A stretch of DNA of 64,000 nt from positions 131,628,001-131,692,000 of the forward strand of contig CM059432.1 in assembly GCA_030390025.1 (NCBI GenBank), read 5' to 3'. Shown here piece after piece: positions 1 to 10,899 of this stretch. The notes below the pieces were generated by a model. The model had not been told where the DNA came from. It did not search any database and was given only the letters and a program-made list of their open reading frames with translations. Both the position numbers and the translations under genes were made by a program. The stretch's first letter is position 1. Each line of letters begins with the position of its first letter. The stretch comes from Squalus acanthias (taxonomy: Eukaryota).

Positions 1-100
1 CAATTAAAATCGGGGATGCGAAAGATGCCAGAATTGGAGAAGCGCAGAGATCTTGGAGGGTTGTAGGGCTGGAGGAGGTTACAGAGATAGGGAGCAAAGT
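1..100 (-). mobile_element. L2-like LINE fragment (antisense)
   Basis: Same sequence (ggagggttgtagggctggaggaggttacagagataggga) as the L2 copies at about 10340-10895 and 18625-19280. Confidence 0.6.
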
Positions 101-176
101 TCCCTCTAATTTCTTTTTGTATTGAGCGGGCCACGAACTCCTTTGAGCGCGACCTTTTTGTCCATGGGCAAATTTT

Positions 177-243
177 TACAACAACAACAATCTTTACAAC
201 AACAACAATCTTTACAACAACAACTATCTTTACAACAACAACT
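177..243 (+). repeat. 18-bp minisatellite (ttacaacaacaacaatct)n, about 3.5 copies
   Basis: Visible tandem units; produces the spurious QQQQSL repeat in ORF 122..328. Confidence 0.85.
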
Positions 244-326
244 TAAGTGCATCTATACAGTAATGCCATATTGCCACCCCACCATCTTAAATCACGAGAC
301 AATCAGACAAACTCTTAAAAATCAGT

Positions 327-630
327 GAGCCTTTAGTTAGTCGTAGCATTCCCCCCTCTCTGAGTTAGAAGGTGAAGGGTTCAAGCCCCACTAAAGACAT
401 CCCGGCGAGTGGAGACTGGAATATGGTCTCTAAATACTGGGTTGACATCCAACGGGGTACTCGCGTCCAGATTGAGTGACCACTGGTGCAGTGGTAGTAT
501 TCCTGCCTCTGAGTCAGAAGGGTTGCCCCTAGGCCCCACTCCAGACAACTCTGGTGAGTGTAGCAGTGGAACTCTGAATACTGGGTTGACTTCCAGCAGG
601 GGTACTTGAGTCCGATGTGTGTGAGTGCCC
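327..630 (+). mobile_element. Tandem pair of diverged tRNA-derived SINE heads (about 150-bp units)
   Basis: Both units have an A/B-box-like head (ctctgagttagaagg...gttcaagccccact; ctctgagtcagaagg...ggccccactccagac) followed by a shared block aatactgggttgac...ggggtact. Confidence 0.55.
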
Positions 631-2944
631 CTCTACATCGTAAAAGGGTTGGTGGGGTTCTTTAGTGTTGGTTGCAGTGCAGCCCACCTAGGAAAAGGTA
701 CTCTGAAGATTAAAAACCCATGAGGAAGGTGATAAGGAACCACCTGAGCTATTCTTCCCTAGTAAGTGGCTGAACAATCTCATGTGTGTGACTTCAGTTA
801 GGACCTACTCTAAGGCAGAACACAATGGACAGACTCACAATTAGAATTTTTTTAATTAGTTCTAAAATCCTGAAAACAGTTAAGATAAAGATTAAAATAA
901 AAATGTACGTCTTTACAGTCTGTTAAGCATGACCTGGGTGGATTGCACAAGGGAAAATCTGGCAGAGAGGATTGCATGCTCCTTACAGAATCAATTGGAT
1001 TTTTCTTTAATTTATTTCAATGAAAGGAAATTTAGCCAGGTTCTGTTACTGGCATACAATCCTCCCCACCAGATTTCCCTTTCTGCTCTCGGCTCAAATG
1101 GTGCTTAAAGCTCAGATGGGAAAGATGAAAATCTACTCCAATATGTCAATATTGTAAAATGGTCACATTTAAACCAATAAGCTTTTTATTAGCGTGTTAT
1201 TCTATAATCTATTTCACTTTCTGATATGTTAACATGCAATCCATTTTTGTAAACATAACTTAAAAAAAACACTTCCCAGTATTCATTACTCATTTTCATT
1301 GAAGTTATTTTGTTCTATAAAATCACATGTAAATGTATGATATTGTAGCCCATATACACAGTGCAAAATAATCACCCTGTTCTCACTTTTGTAAATGCCA
1401 CTCTGTTAATTGTTCATCAAAATGTGTCTTAACACCTTATTGTTTATTATTGGCATCTTTGGCAAAAAAGGTCAATTTTAAATAATTTCATTCATTTTAT
1501 GGTAACTATAAACATATTTTAGTCCACTTTTGTTCACAGTACTTATCGTCTAAATTATACATTTTGTACTACAGTGTACTTACATGAATTTCTCTTAATG
1601 GATATGTCCGAGCTAAGTGTGTAGAAAGACGCTGTACAGTTAGGAGGGATGCACTGTATGTAGGTTAATTTTTCAAACTACATCACCCTAAACAACCACA
1701 GACTCCTTGATCTGCATTACTTTTTTGTAATGCACCATTGTGTCCCAGAAAGTGTTATCTATGAAGTAATTTGTTTAATCTCTGTCGCTAAAGTGTGTGA
1801 CTAGGAAAGTCTGGACCTTGTATTTTAATAATTGCATTGATTTAAATACTATCATTTCAAAATACAATTTAACGACTTACAGTTGAAGAAAGGGACAAAT
1901 GTCACCTTCAATAAATCTTTCTAAACATTGACTTGGTGGAACGATCCATTTTCGTACTGCATTTAAGTTAAATTCACATATTCTGGGCATTCTTTAAACG
2001 ACACACCTAATACCTAACGATATGAAGTAGCTTTTAAATGTTGTATGCTCATACTATAGGGATGACTGTCCTTCCTACTCTGTTACTAATAAACCACAAG
2101 GCAGTTCTGAGTCATAGCTGTGCATAGAGCTTATCCCCGTGTTGGTGTCGGTATCGTTCACATTGGAAAGGGAGGGAGAATCTGAGCGGCATCCAGATTG
2201 ATTCTTGACACTCTTTCACGGCAAACTACACTTGGCCAAATCCTTAAAAATCCCAGTGACCGGAGCTTCACTCTCCGCATCCTCTGGAAAGTGCAGTGAT
2301 TTAAGTTGTTCAACTAAGTGATCACATTCCTCTGCCTTTTTACTCAGTAATAATTCCTTATGTTTCACTTTCTCCTGAACGTCCATTAAGTGTTTGCAGA
2401 GTTAAACATACAACAACAAAAAAATAAACTCTATTTCCAAATGGAGCTCAAATAAGAAAGTGAATAAAGTGGTTAAACTCCCCAATCCTAAGAAGGCGGT
2501 GAGGTTATCTATCCCCAGCCTTGGCGATGAGTTGGGATCAGTTTTGGAGAAGTTGATTCCTCTTTTTCTGCTGCAGTTCCCTCTGTCTCTCACAGACTCT
2601 GAGATACAAACGGGGGCACAAACTTTTTCCCCTCTCTCACAACATGATTTAAATAACCCTGATAAACTCTTTCAAAAAAGGGGACAACACCTGGCAAAAT
2701 TTAACTGGAACTTAGCGAGGGACATTCAACATCACTTTCCTGTAATTTTTCTGGCTTTAAACTTTAATCTTTAAAATTCTTTTTCTCATATTTTTGTTTC
2801 ACCGTATGCCTAAAAATTGTTTGTTTGAGCCTCCTTCCAGCAGCCATTGTATACCTGTGTTGTTTCAAAGTGCGGCCACCGCTCAGTCCCCGGGAACGGA
2901 CTATGTGTCTCCACGGAAAACGTACTGACAGAATCCCGAGACAA

Positions 2945-3555
2945 CTCGAGGCAGTACAAAGAAGGTTCACTCGGTTAATTCCGGGGATGAGGGGGTGGAC
3001 ATACGAGGAGAGGTTGAGTAGATTGGGACTCTACTCATTGGAGTTCAGAAGAATGAGAGGCGATCTTATTGAAACATATAAGATTGTGAAGGGGCTTGAT
3101 CGGGTGGACGCGGTGAGGATGTTCCCAATGATGGGTGAAACTAGAACTAGGGGACATAATCTTAGAATAAGGGGCTGCTCTTTCAAAACTGAGATGAGGA
3201 GAAACTTTTTCACTCAGAGGGTAGTGGGTCTGTGGAATTTGCTACCCCAGGAAGCTGTGGAAGCTACTTCATTAAATAAATTTAAAACAGAAATAGACCG
3301 TTTCCTAGAAGTAAAGGGAATCAGGGGTTACGGGGAGCGGGCTGGAAATTGGACATGAGTTTGAGTTCGGATCGGTCAAAGCCCTGTGGGTGGCGGAGCG
3401 GGCCCAGGGGCCGAGTGGCCTGGTCCTGCTCCTACTTGTATTCTTTAGAGTTGAGGTTGGATCAGATCAGCCATGATCTCATTGAATGGCGGAGCAGGCT
3501 CGAGGGGCCGATTGGTCTACTCCTGCTCCTATTTCTTATGTTCTTATGTTCTTAC
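2945..3555 (+). mobile_element. CR1 LINE 3' end (ORF2 C-terminus, 3' UTR, (ttatgttc)n tail)
   Basis: ORF 2825..3358 encodes LEAVQRRFTRLIPG...LYSLEFRRMRGDLIETYKI...FFTQRVVGLWNLLP, typical of the CR1 ORF2 C-terminus. Confidence 0.92.
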
Positions 3556-3779
3556 AACACTTGCCGGGTTCCAGAGCTCTGTATTTTAGCAAATGCCGTT
3601 CCAATTCGGATCGGCTCTGGCTCTGAGGTCACAAACGACTCTCTGTGAGGGTTCCCAGGCCATTATGTATTGGGCCCCTCACTCTGCTCCAGCTCACTGT
3701 GCGGCCTTTGAATTTAACTGCGTGGGATCTTACAGAACAGTGTGTGTCCGCGCACCTGCACACCTTTCAGGGAAGAGTG

Positions 3780-4070
3780 ATAGGGAGGTGCAAGGCCATG
3801 GAGGGATTTGAAAACAAGGATGAGAATTTTAAAATCGAGGCGTTGCTTAACCGGGAGCCAATGTAGGTCAGCGAGCACAGGGGTGATGGGTGAATGGGAC
3901 TTGGTGCAAGTTAGGATACGGGCAGAAAAGTTTTGGATAAGCTTAAGTTTATGGCAGGTGGAAGATGGGAGGCCAGCCAGGAGTGCATTGGAATAGTCAA
4001 GTTTAGAGGTAACAAAGGCATGGATGAGGGTTTCAGCAGCGGATGAGCTGAGGCAGGGGTGGAGTCAGGT
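3780..4070 (-). mobile_element. L2-like LINE fragment
   Basis: Homologous to the other antisense L2 pieces in the window (gagaattttaaaatcgaggcg...ggaatagtcaagtttagaggtaacaaaggcatggatgagg). Confidence 0.7.
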
Positions 4071-4569
4071 TATTAGATAAGATAGATCTAGTAATCACTC
4101 AAGAACAAAACATCTGTCTTGATGCTGGGTAAAAGTGAACTGGTTTGAAACTCCCTTTCAAAAGGGAATTGGACATATACTTGAAAAGGCAAAATCAGCA
4201 TGGGAGTGGGACTAATTGGATAGCTCTTTCAAAGAGCCGGCACAGGCACAATGTGCCGAATGACCTCCTTCTGTGCTGTATGGTTCTATGGTGCCTGGGC
4301 ATGATTCAGGCTTTATCTGGCAGTAGGGGTGCAACAAGTCATGTTATTTCACCCTCCTTTATGACATCATAGTAACTTTACGTCTTAAAGGGAAGGTAGC
4401 AAATTTTACTTGATTTATTTTTACAGAAGAAAAATAAGCAGGTCCGCTCTCCAGAGGTGTATGGACTATTTGAAAATGGACTAATATGATTTTGGTGCCA
4501 TCTAACCAATAACATCACTGCAAGTGGCACCTCCCCCCCCTCCCCCACCTCGTCAAGAGAAGGGTACCA

Positions 4570-5350
4570 CCAATAAAATGTTCTCACAGATGATCTATTT
4601 CAACTAAAAGCTCAGAAGAGTGAATTGGATTACAATTTTGTTCTCATCTATAATACAATTTACGTCCGGTGGTGCAAACTGGTGGCGGAAGGCCCAGAAG
4701 TATGTGGAAGTTTTAGTAAAACCCATAGGGGTGACACTGAGTTGCCCCAGGGAACAGAAAACATTAAGCCAAGTGCCCTAGGGCACCACAAATATGATTT
4801 ACAAACAATAATTAGCTATGGACAATACAACAACATTACACAAATAATAATTAATTCATAATGCGACTGTGAGTGTCGATTATCCCCTCTATACCCTGCG
4901 ATGCTCACCGGTTGCGGAAAGCCCAGAGGTGTGTGGAAGATATGAACTATGGAATAACACAAGTTTTTCTCCTTAATTAATGACTCCCCATCGCTAGTAA
5001 AGTTGCACCCTCAAAAATGTAACATTTCAAGGCCGCCCCTTCCACAATGCTAACAGAGCAGCTGGTAAAAAGCATGCAATTTCCTCACGTTTAACAAGTA
5101 TTTAACAAAACAAGAATGGCCTGAACTGCACAACAGTAAGAGGACCTCCTTGTGGGTCTTCCCCTGGCCAACTGGCAAGGTGGCCATCCACAGGTGCAGG
5201 TTGGACGCGGCCCATGGGGGAAGGGTCGCACCGGCTGCCTCCCTTGCGTGGGCCTGGAGAAGGAGCACTCGGTCTCCGCCAGCACGCTTGAGGCCTTCCG
5301 CCAACCAGTGGGCACGCAGGGGACCGCAGCGTGCGGCAAACTCCGACAAT
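4570..5350 (-). mobile_element. Tx1/L1-like LINE 3' fragment (antisense)
   Basis: Reverse complement of 5100-5350 matches the Tx1-type ORF2 C-terminus seen at 6654-6929; the 3' UTR extent towards 4570 is approximate. Confidence 0.6.
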
Positions 5351-5364
5351 GATTAATTTTACAA

Positions 5365-5475
5365 GTTCCCACATTACAACAGTGACTACACTCCAAAAGT
5401 ACTTCATTGGCTGTAAAGCGCTTTGAGACATCCAGTGGTTGTGAAAGGCGCTATATAAATGCAAGTCTTTCTTTG
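5365..5475 (+). mobile_element. L2-tailed SINE (DeuSINE/SacSINE-like) 3' part
   Basis: cattacaacagtgactacact...aaagtacttcattggctgtaaagcgcttt...ggcgctatataaatgcaagtcttt; multicopy in this window. Confidence 0.7.
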
Positions 5476-5549
5476 AGTTTGTTTTTAATGATCTTTATTA
5501 GCTGTAGCCCTCTGAAAAAAAAAGCGGGGGAGCTCTTTGGTTAGGTTTT

Positions 5550-5895
5550 GAGACATGGGGCCAACATGAGTTCAAATCCCACCATGGCAGCTGGGGAATT
5601 TAAATTCAGTTAATTAAATAAAAATCTGGAATAAAAAGCTAGTATCAGTAATGGTGACCAAGAACTACCAGATTGTCGTAAAAGCCCATCTGGTTCACTA
5701 ATGTCCTTTAAGGAAGGAAATCTTCCGTCCTTACCCGGTCTGGCTTATATGTGACTCCAGGCCCACAGCAATGTGGTTGACTCTTAACTGTCCTCTGAAA
5801 TGGCGGTTCACCACCACATTCTCAAGGGCAATAAGGGATGAGCAATAAATGCCGGCCTTGCCAGCGACACCCACATTCCATGAACAAATTTTTTT
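5550..5895 (+). mobile_element. tRNA-derived SINE sharing its 3' tail with the LINE at 14950-16150
   Basis: B-box-like gagttcaaatcccaccatggcag; tail caccaccacattctcaagggcaataagggatg...ggccttgccagcgacacccacat also ends the 14950-16150 LINE. Confidence 0.65.
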
Positions 5896-5909
5896 TAAAG
5901 TGACTCCTT

Positions 5910-7130
5910 ATAGTGATAGACTTCAAGAGGACATAGACAGGCTGGTGGAATGGGTGGACACGTGGCAGACGAAGTTTAACGCAGAAAAGTGCGAGTGATA
6001 CCTTTTGGTAGGAAGAACGAGGAAAGGCAATATAAACTAAAGGGTATAATTCTAAAGGGGGTGTAGGAACAGAGAGACCTGGGGGTATATGTGCACAAAT
6101 CGCTGAAGGTGGCAGGGCAGATTGAGAAAGCGGTTAAAAAAACATACAGGATCCTGGTCTTCATAAATAGAGGCATAGAGTACAAAAGCAAGGAAGTTAT
6201 GATGAACCTGTATAAAACACTGGTTTTTTCTCAACTGGAGTATTGTATCCAATTTTGGGCACCCCACTTAAGGAAGGATGTGAAGGCCTTAGAGAGGGTG
6301 CAGAAAAGATTTACAAGAATGATTCCAGGGATGAGGGACTTCAGTTACGTGGATAGACTGGAGAAGCTGGGGTTGTTCTCCTTAGAGCAGAGAAGGTTGA
6401 GAGGAGATTTGACAGAGGTGTTCAAAATCATGAGGGGTTTAGACAGAGTAGATAGAGAGAAACTGTTCCCATTGGCGGAAGGGTCGAGAACCAGAGGACA
6501 CAGATTAAAGGTGATTGGCAGAAGAACCAAAGGCCACATGAGGAAAAACTTTTTTTACACAGCGAGTGGTTATGATCTGGAATGCACTGTCTGAAAGGGT
6601 GGTGGAGGCAGATCGTGGCTTTCAAAAGGGAATTGGATAAGTACCTGAAGGAACACCCGGTGCGGAGGGGAGCGGGCAGGTCGGGGAACCTCCTCGTAGG
6701 ACTGCTCCTGGGCCTGGCCAAAGTAGCCATTAACTGGTCCAGGCAGCTGGCGGTCGAGGGGGTCGTTCGGCCCGCCTGCCTGCCTCTCTTCCGCGGCCAT
6801 GTTCGCGCCCGGGTGGCCCTGGAGATGGAGCACGTGGTGTCTGCCGGCATGCTCGAGGCCTTCCGCAACCGGTGGGCACCGCAGGGACTGGAGTGCTTCA
6901 TCAACCCCGGAAACCAAATTTTAATTTAATTTGTTAAGTTTCATTTGATGTATTTTTGTCAAGTTACAGTTTTTTATTTATTGCTCGCACCAAAAGAGCA
7001 GTACCTGAAGGAAAAAAATTTGCAGTGCTACGGGGAAAGGGCGGGGGAATGGGACTAGCTGAAGTACTCTTGCAGAGAGCCGGGCCGGGCCGAATGGCCT
7101 CCTTCTGTGCTGTAACCATTCTATGATTCC
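5910..7130 (+). mobile_element. 5'-truncated CR1 LINE interrupted by a Tx1-like insertion
   Basis: ORF 6091..6594 is CR1 ORF2 (LEYCIQFWAPHLRKD...LFSLEQRRLRGDL); CR1 sequence resumes after 7000 and ends in attctatgattc. Confidence 0.92.
6654..6999 (+). mobile_element. Tx1/L1-clade LINE 3' fragment with 14-bp TSD
   Basis: Encodes LLLGLAKVAI...RARVALE...FRNRWAPQG followed by an AT-rich 3' UTR; flanked by agtacctgaaggaa at 6640-6653 and 7000-7013. Confidence 0.75.
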
Positions 7131-7199
7131 TTGTCATAGAATCATAGAATGGTTACAGCACAGAAGGAGGGGTTTTATTAAGAAAAGGTCTAAGAAAAA

Positions 7200-8515
7200 T
7201 CTTCTTCTTAGGCAGTCCCTCAGAACCAAGGATGACTTGCTTCCACATTAAAAATGAGTTTGCAGGTGACTGATGAGTCCAATGCGGGACCTACAGTCTC
7301 TGTCACAGGTGGGGCAGACGGTGGTTGAAGGGGCGGGTGGGTGGGGTGCTTGGGTTGACGTGCGCTCCTTGCGCTGCCTGCGCTTGGCTTCCGCTTGCTC
7401 CCGGTGAAGAGACTCGAGGTGTTCGGCGCCTTCCCGGATGCTTCTCCTCCACTTTGTGCGGTCTTGGGCCAGGGATTCCCAGTTGTAGGTGGGGATGTTA
7501 CACTTTTTCAAGGAGGCTTTGAGGGTGTCCTTGAAGTGTTTCCTCTGCCCACCTGGGGCTCTCTTGCCATGCCGGAGCTCCAAGTAGAGTGCTTCTTTCG
7601 GGAGTCTCGTATTGGGCATGCGGACAATGTGACCCGTCCATCGGAGCTGATCGAGCATGGTCAAAGCTTTGAGGCTGGGGATATTGGCCTGAGCGAGAAC
7701 ACTGACGTTGGTGCGCCTATCCTGCCAATGGATTTGCAGGATCTTGCGGAGGCAGCGTTGGTGGTACCTCTCCAGTGCTTTGAGGTGCCTGCTGTACATG
7801 GTCCATGTCTCTGAGGCATACAGCAGGGCGGGTATCTCTGCTGCTCTGTAGACCATGAGCTTAGTGCCGGGTTTGAGGTCCTGGTCTTCAAACACTCTCT
7901 TCCTCAGGCGACCGAAGGCTGCACTGGCACACTGAAGGCGGTGTTGGACTTCGTCATTGACGTCTGCCCTTGTTGACAGTAGGCTCCCGAGGTATGGAAA
8001 GTGGTCCACGTTGTCCAAGGCCTTGTTGTGGATTTTGATAATCAGGGGGCAGTATTGTGGGGCGGGGACAGGTTGGTAGAGGACCTTTGACATACGGATT
8101 TTTAGTGTAAGGCCTATGCTCTCGTACACTTCGGTGAAGGTGTTGACAATGGTTTGGAGTTCGACCTCCGAGTGAGCGCAGACACAAGCGTCGTCTGTAT
8201 ACTGTAATTTGACGACAGAGGATGGGACGACCTTGGATCTGGACTGGAGGCGACGGAGGTTTCCCGTTTGTTCTGTAAATTAGCTCCATTCCAGTGGGGA
8301 GCTTACTGAGGGTGAGATGGAGCATTGCAGCAAGTAAGATCGAGAAGAGCGTTGGTGCGATGACACAGCCTTGCTTGACCCTGGTTCGTACGTGAATTGG
8401 GTCTGTGGTGGAACCGTTGGTCAGGATCAGGGCTTGCATGTCGTCGTGAAGCAGGCGGAGGATGGTGACAAACTTTTGAGGGCAGCAGAATTTGAGGACA
8501 CTCCGTAACCCCTCA
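7200..8515 (-). mobile_element. RTE/BovB-like LINE (RT domain and C-terminal zinc knuckle), frameshifted
   Basis: ORF 7954..8439 (VKQGCVIAPTLF) and ORF 7248..8129 (FPYLGS, QLRWTGHIVRMP, CPTCDRDCRSRIGLISH) are characteristic of RTE-clade ORF2. Confidence 0.92.
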
Positions 8516-8526
8516 CCATCCTTAAG

Positions 8527-8829
8527 ATTTCAAATAAAACTTGGACTATAACCTGGTGTTGTGCGACTTCTTGGCTCCACCTCATTGTCTCAGTTGTATC
8601 TTGCTATGTCTTTGATGTGACCTGATTGCCTTTTGTCACACCTCGGCAGATAAACAGTCAGGGTGATTCGTCTGCTTTTGTAAGTAACACATGCATTGTT
8701 CTCTATCTATATATGCTTTGGCGATTCTGTATCTCTTTACTTCACCTGAGGAAGGGGCGATCGATAGCTCCGAAAGCTTGTGATTTCAAATAAAACTGTT
8801 GGACTATAACCTGGTGTTGTGCGACTTCT
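8527..8829 (+). mobile_element. Penelope-type terminal fragment with direct repeat
   Basis: gatttcaaataaaac(tg)ttggactataacctggtgttgtgcgacttct occurs at about 8527-8571 and 8782-8829, the second copy preceded by cacctgaggaagggg...ctccgaaagcttg; family assignment from recall. Confidence 0.55.
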
Positions 8830-8979
8830 CATTTTTATCCTTAAGAAAAATATACCAAGGCTATAGCACTTATATAATTGACTATAGTCAAATTTGTTTT
8901 GTCTTATAATACTCCTGTGAAGCGACTTGGGACGTTTTACTAGGTTAAAGGTGCTATATAAATGCGAGTTGTTGTTGTT

Positions 8980-9470
8980 ACTGACCCGGAAATGACTGGT
9001 GGAGGGAGGGTAAACGTTGCTGCAGTGCCGTGCACTTCCTTGTGGGACGGGTTGCTTTTCTCTGGCGAGTCGTGTCAGCGGACGGTGTGGAGCCGCGGTG
9101 CCTGTGTTTCTGTTCAATTGAGAGACCGTGGAAAAATATGTGCGAGTAGATTTAAAACCCGTGTGCGTGTACAAAATGGCGGCGGCGGTGGAGGAGGCCA
9201 ACATCGAGTATTCGAAACGGTTGCAGGACCGTTTGGAGCGCGTGAGCGAGCTGCTGGAATTCAGCCAGCGCTGCACGAGATCCATTGAGGACATGCTGAG
9301 CGCGCTGGGCTGGAGCCGCGAGCGCATCAGCCCCAGCCTCCCGGGGCACGGCGACAGCAGCAGCGCCAGCGCCAGCGCCGAACCTGCGGCACCGGCTGGG
9401 CCACAGACAGAGCCGCTGGTAAGAACACGAGAACCAGGAGCAGGAGCAGGCCCACTCGGCCTAGTCTAGA
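8980..9470 (+). promoter_or_regulatory. SNRNP48: CpG-island promoter of SNRNP48
   Basis: Strong CpG/GC enrichment; ETS-like ccggaaat near 8986; YY1-like aaaatggcggc overlapping the start codon. Confidence 0.7.
9176..9418 (+). CDS. SNRNP48: U11/U12 snRNP 48 kDa protein, coding exon 1
   Basis: MAAAVEE...RLQDRLERVSELLEFSQRCTRSIEDMLSALGWS resembles the SNRNP48 N-terminus; donor CTG|gtaaga, phase 0. Confidence 0.88.
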
Positions 9471-9569
9471 GTCAGCCTTTTTTAAAAATTATTATTTTCG
9501 TTCCTGAGAGATGTGGGCATCGCTGGCAAGGGCTGCAGCATTGATGGTAAAAGATCCCACGTCACTATT

Positions 9570-9835
9570 TCGAAGAAGAGCAAGGGAGTTCTCTTTCCAC
9601 CACCACCACCACCCCACAAACCCGGTGACCTATCTATTTATCCCTCGGTCGCCGTCACTAAAAAGCAGGTTATCTGGTCATTATCACTTTTTTGCTGTTT
9701 GCGAGAGCTTGCAAATTGGCTGCCGCGTTTCCTACACGACAACAGTGACTGCACTTCAAAAAGTACTTTGTTGGCTGTAAACACTTTGGGAGGTGCTGAG
9801 GTCGTGAAAGGCGCTATATAAATGAAAGTCTTTTT
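9570..9835 (+). mobile_element. L2-tailed SINE
   Basis: ttatctggtcattatcac...aaattggctgccgcgtttcctac...aaagtacttt...gaaaggcgctatataaatg. Confidence 0.65.
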
Positions 9836-10334
9836 CATGCACTTGAGGAGGTGGTGGTGATCTGCTGCCTTTTTGAACCGCTGTGCTATTTATTATTATA
9901 GAGAAAATGTCATTTTGTACCGGAATGTGCCTATGAAGCACCATGGGGCATTTTACTACGTTAAAAGCTGCTATATAAATGCGAATTGTTCTCTCCATTC
10001 CCGTCGAAGCAAAAAAAAGAACTTCCATTTGTATAGCGTCTTTCACAACCTCAAGATGTCCTAAAGCACTTTACAATCAATGAAGTACTTTTGAAGCGTA
10101 GCCACTGTTGTAATGTAGGAAAGTAAAAAATAAATTGGCCTCGGGCCGCCAGTTGGGTGGGAGGCGGCAGTTTGCCGCTTTTATGTTGCTGAGTTTCAGC
10201 TGAGTGCTGAATCTGCAGACGTTTGCACGATGGGGGCGGATTCAGCAAAAGCGCCAAAATGAGATGTGCTACGCACGGCTGTCCATGGGAGTTCTGCAGA
10301 GCCAGGGAGTCGGCGTCTGACCTCCCTGAGTCAG

Positions 10335-10895
10335 AAGAAAGACTTGCATTTATATAGCACCATTAATGTAGTAAAATGTCCCTAGGTGCTTCATGAGTGT
10401 TATCGAACAAAATTTGACACCGAGCCACGTAAGGAGATATCATGACAGATGACCGCAAGCTTGGTCAAAAAGGTAGGTCTTAAGGAGAAGAGAGAGGCGA
10501 AGAAGATTAAGGAGGGAATTCCAGAGCTTGGGGCCTAGACAGCTGAAGGCACGGCCGCCAATGGCGGAGCAATTAAAATCAGATGTGCAAGAGGCCAGAA
10601 GTGGAGGAGCGCAGAAATCTCAAAAGCTTGTAGTATTGAAGAAGATTACAGAGATAGGGAGGGGAGAGCTTGTGGAGTGATTAGAGAGCAAGGATGAGAA
10701 TTTTAAAATCGGGGCGTTCTTAACCGGGAGCCAGTGTAGGTCAGCAAGCACAGGAGTGATGGGTGAACGGGACTTGATGCGAGTTAAGATACAGGCAGCA
10801 GAGTTTTGGATGAGCTCCAGTTTATGTAGGGTGGAAAATGGGAGGCTGGCCAGGAGAGCATTGGAATAGTCAAGTCAAGAGGTAACAAAATCATG
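10335..10895 (-). mobile_element. L2 LINE 3' end (antisense)
   Basis: Starts with the reverse tail aagacttgcatttatatagc, followed by gagggaattccagagcttggggcctagacagctgaaggcacggccgccaatgg. Confidence 0.75.
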
Positions 10896-10899
10896 GTGT

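Noticed and set aside
122..328. Poly-Gln ORF (QQQQSL repeats)
   Set aside because: Translation of an 18-bp minisatellite, with a non-ATG start and no splice context.
327..630. tRNA genes
   Set aside because: Only degenerate A/B boxes with no cloverleaf; SINE-derived.
9128..9175. N-terminal extension of SNRNP48 from the ORF track
   Set aside because: The ORF starts at GTG; ATG 9176 has a good Kozak context and matches the homologous start.
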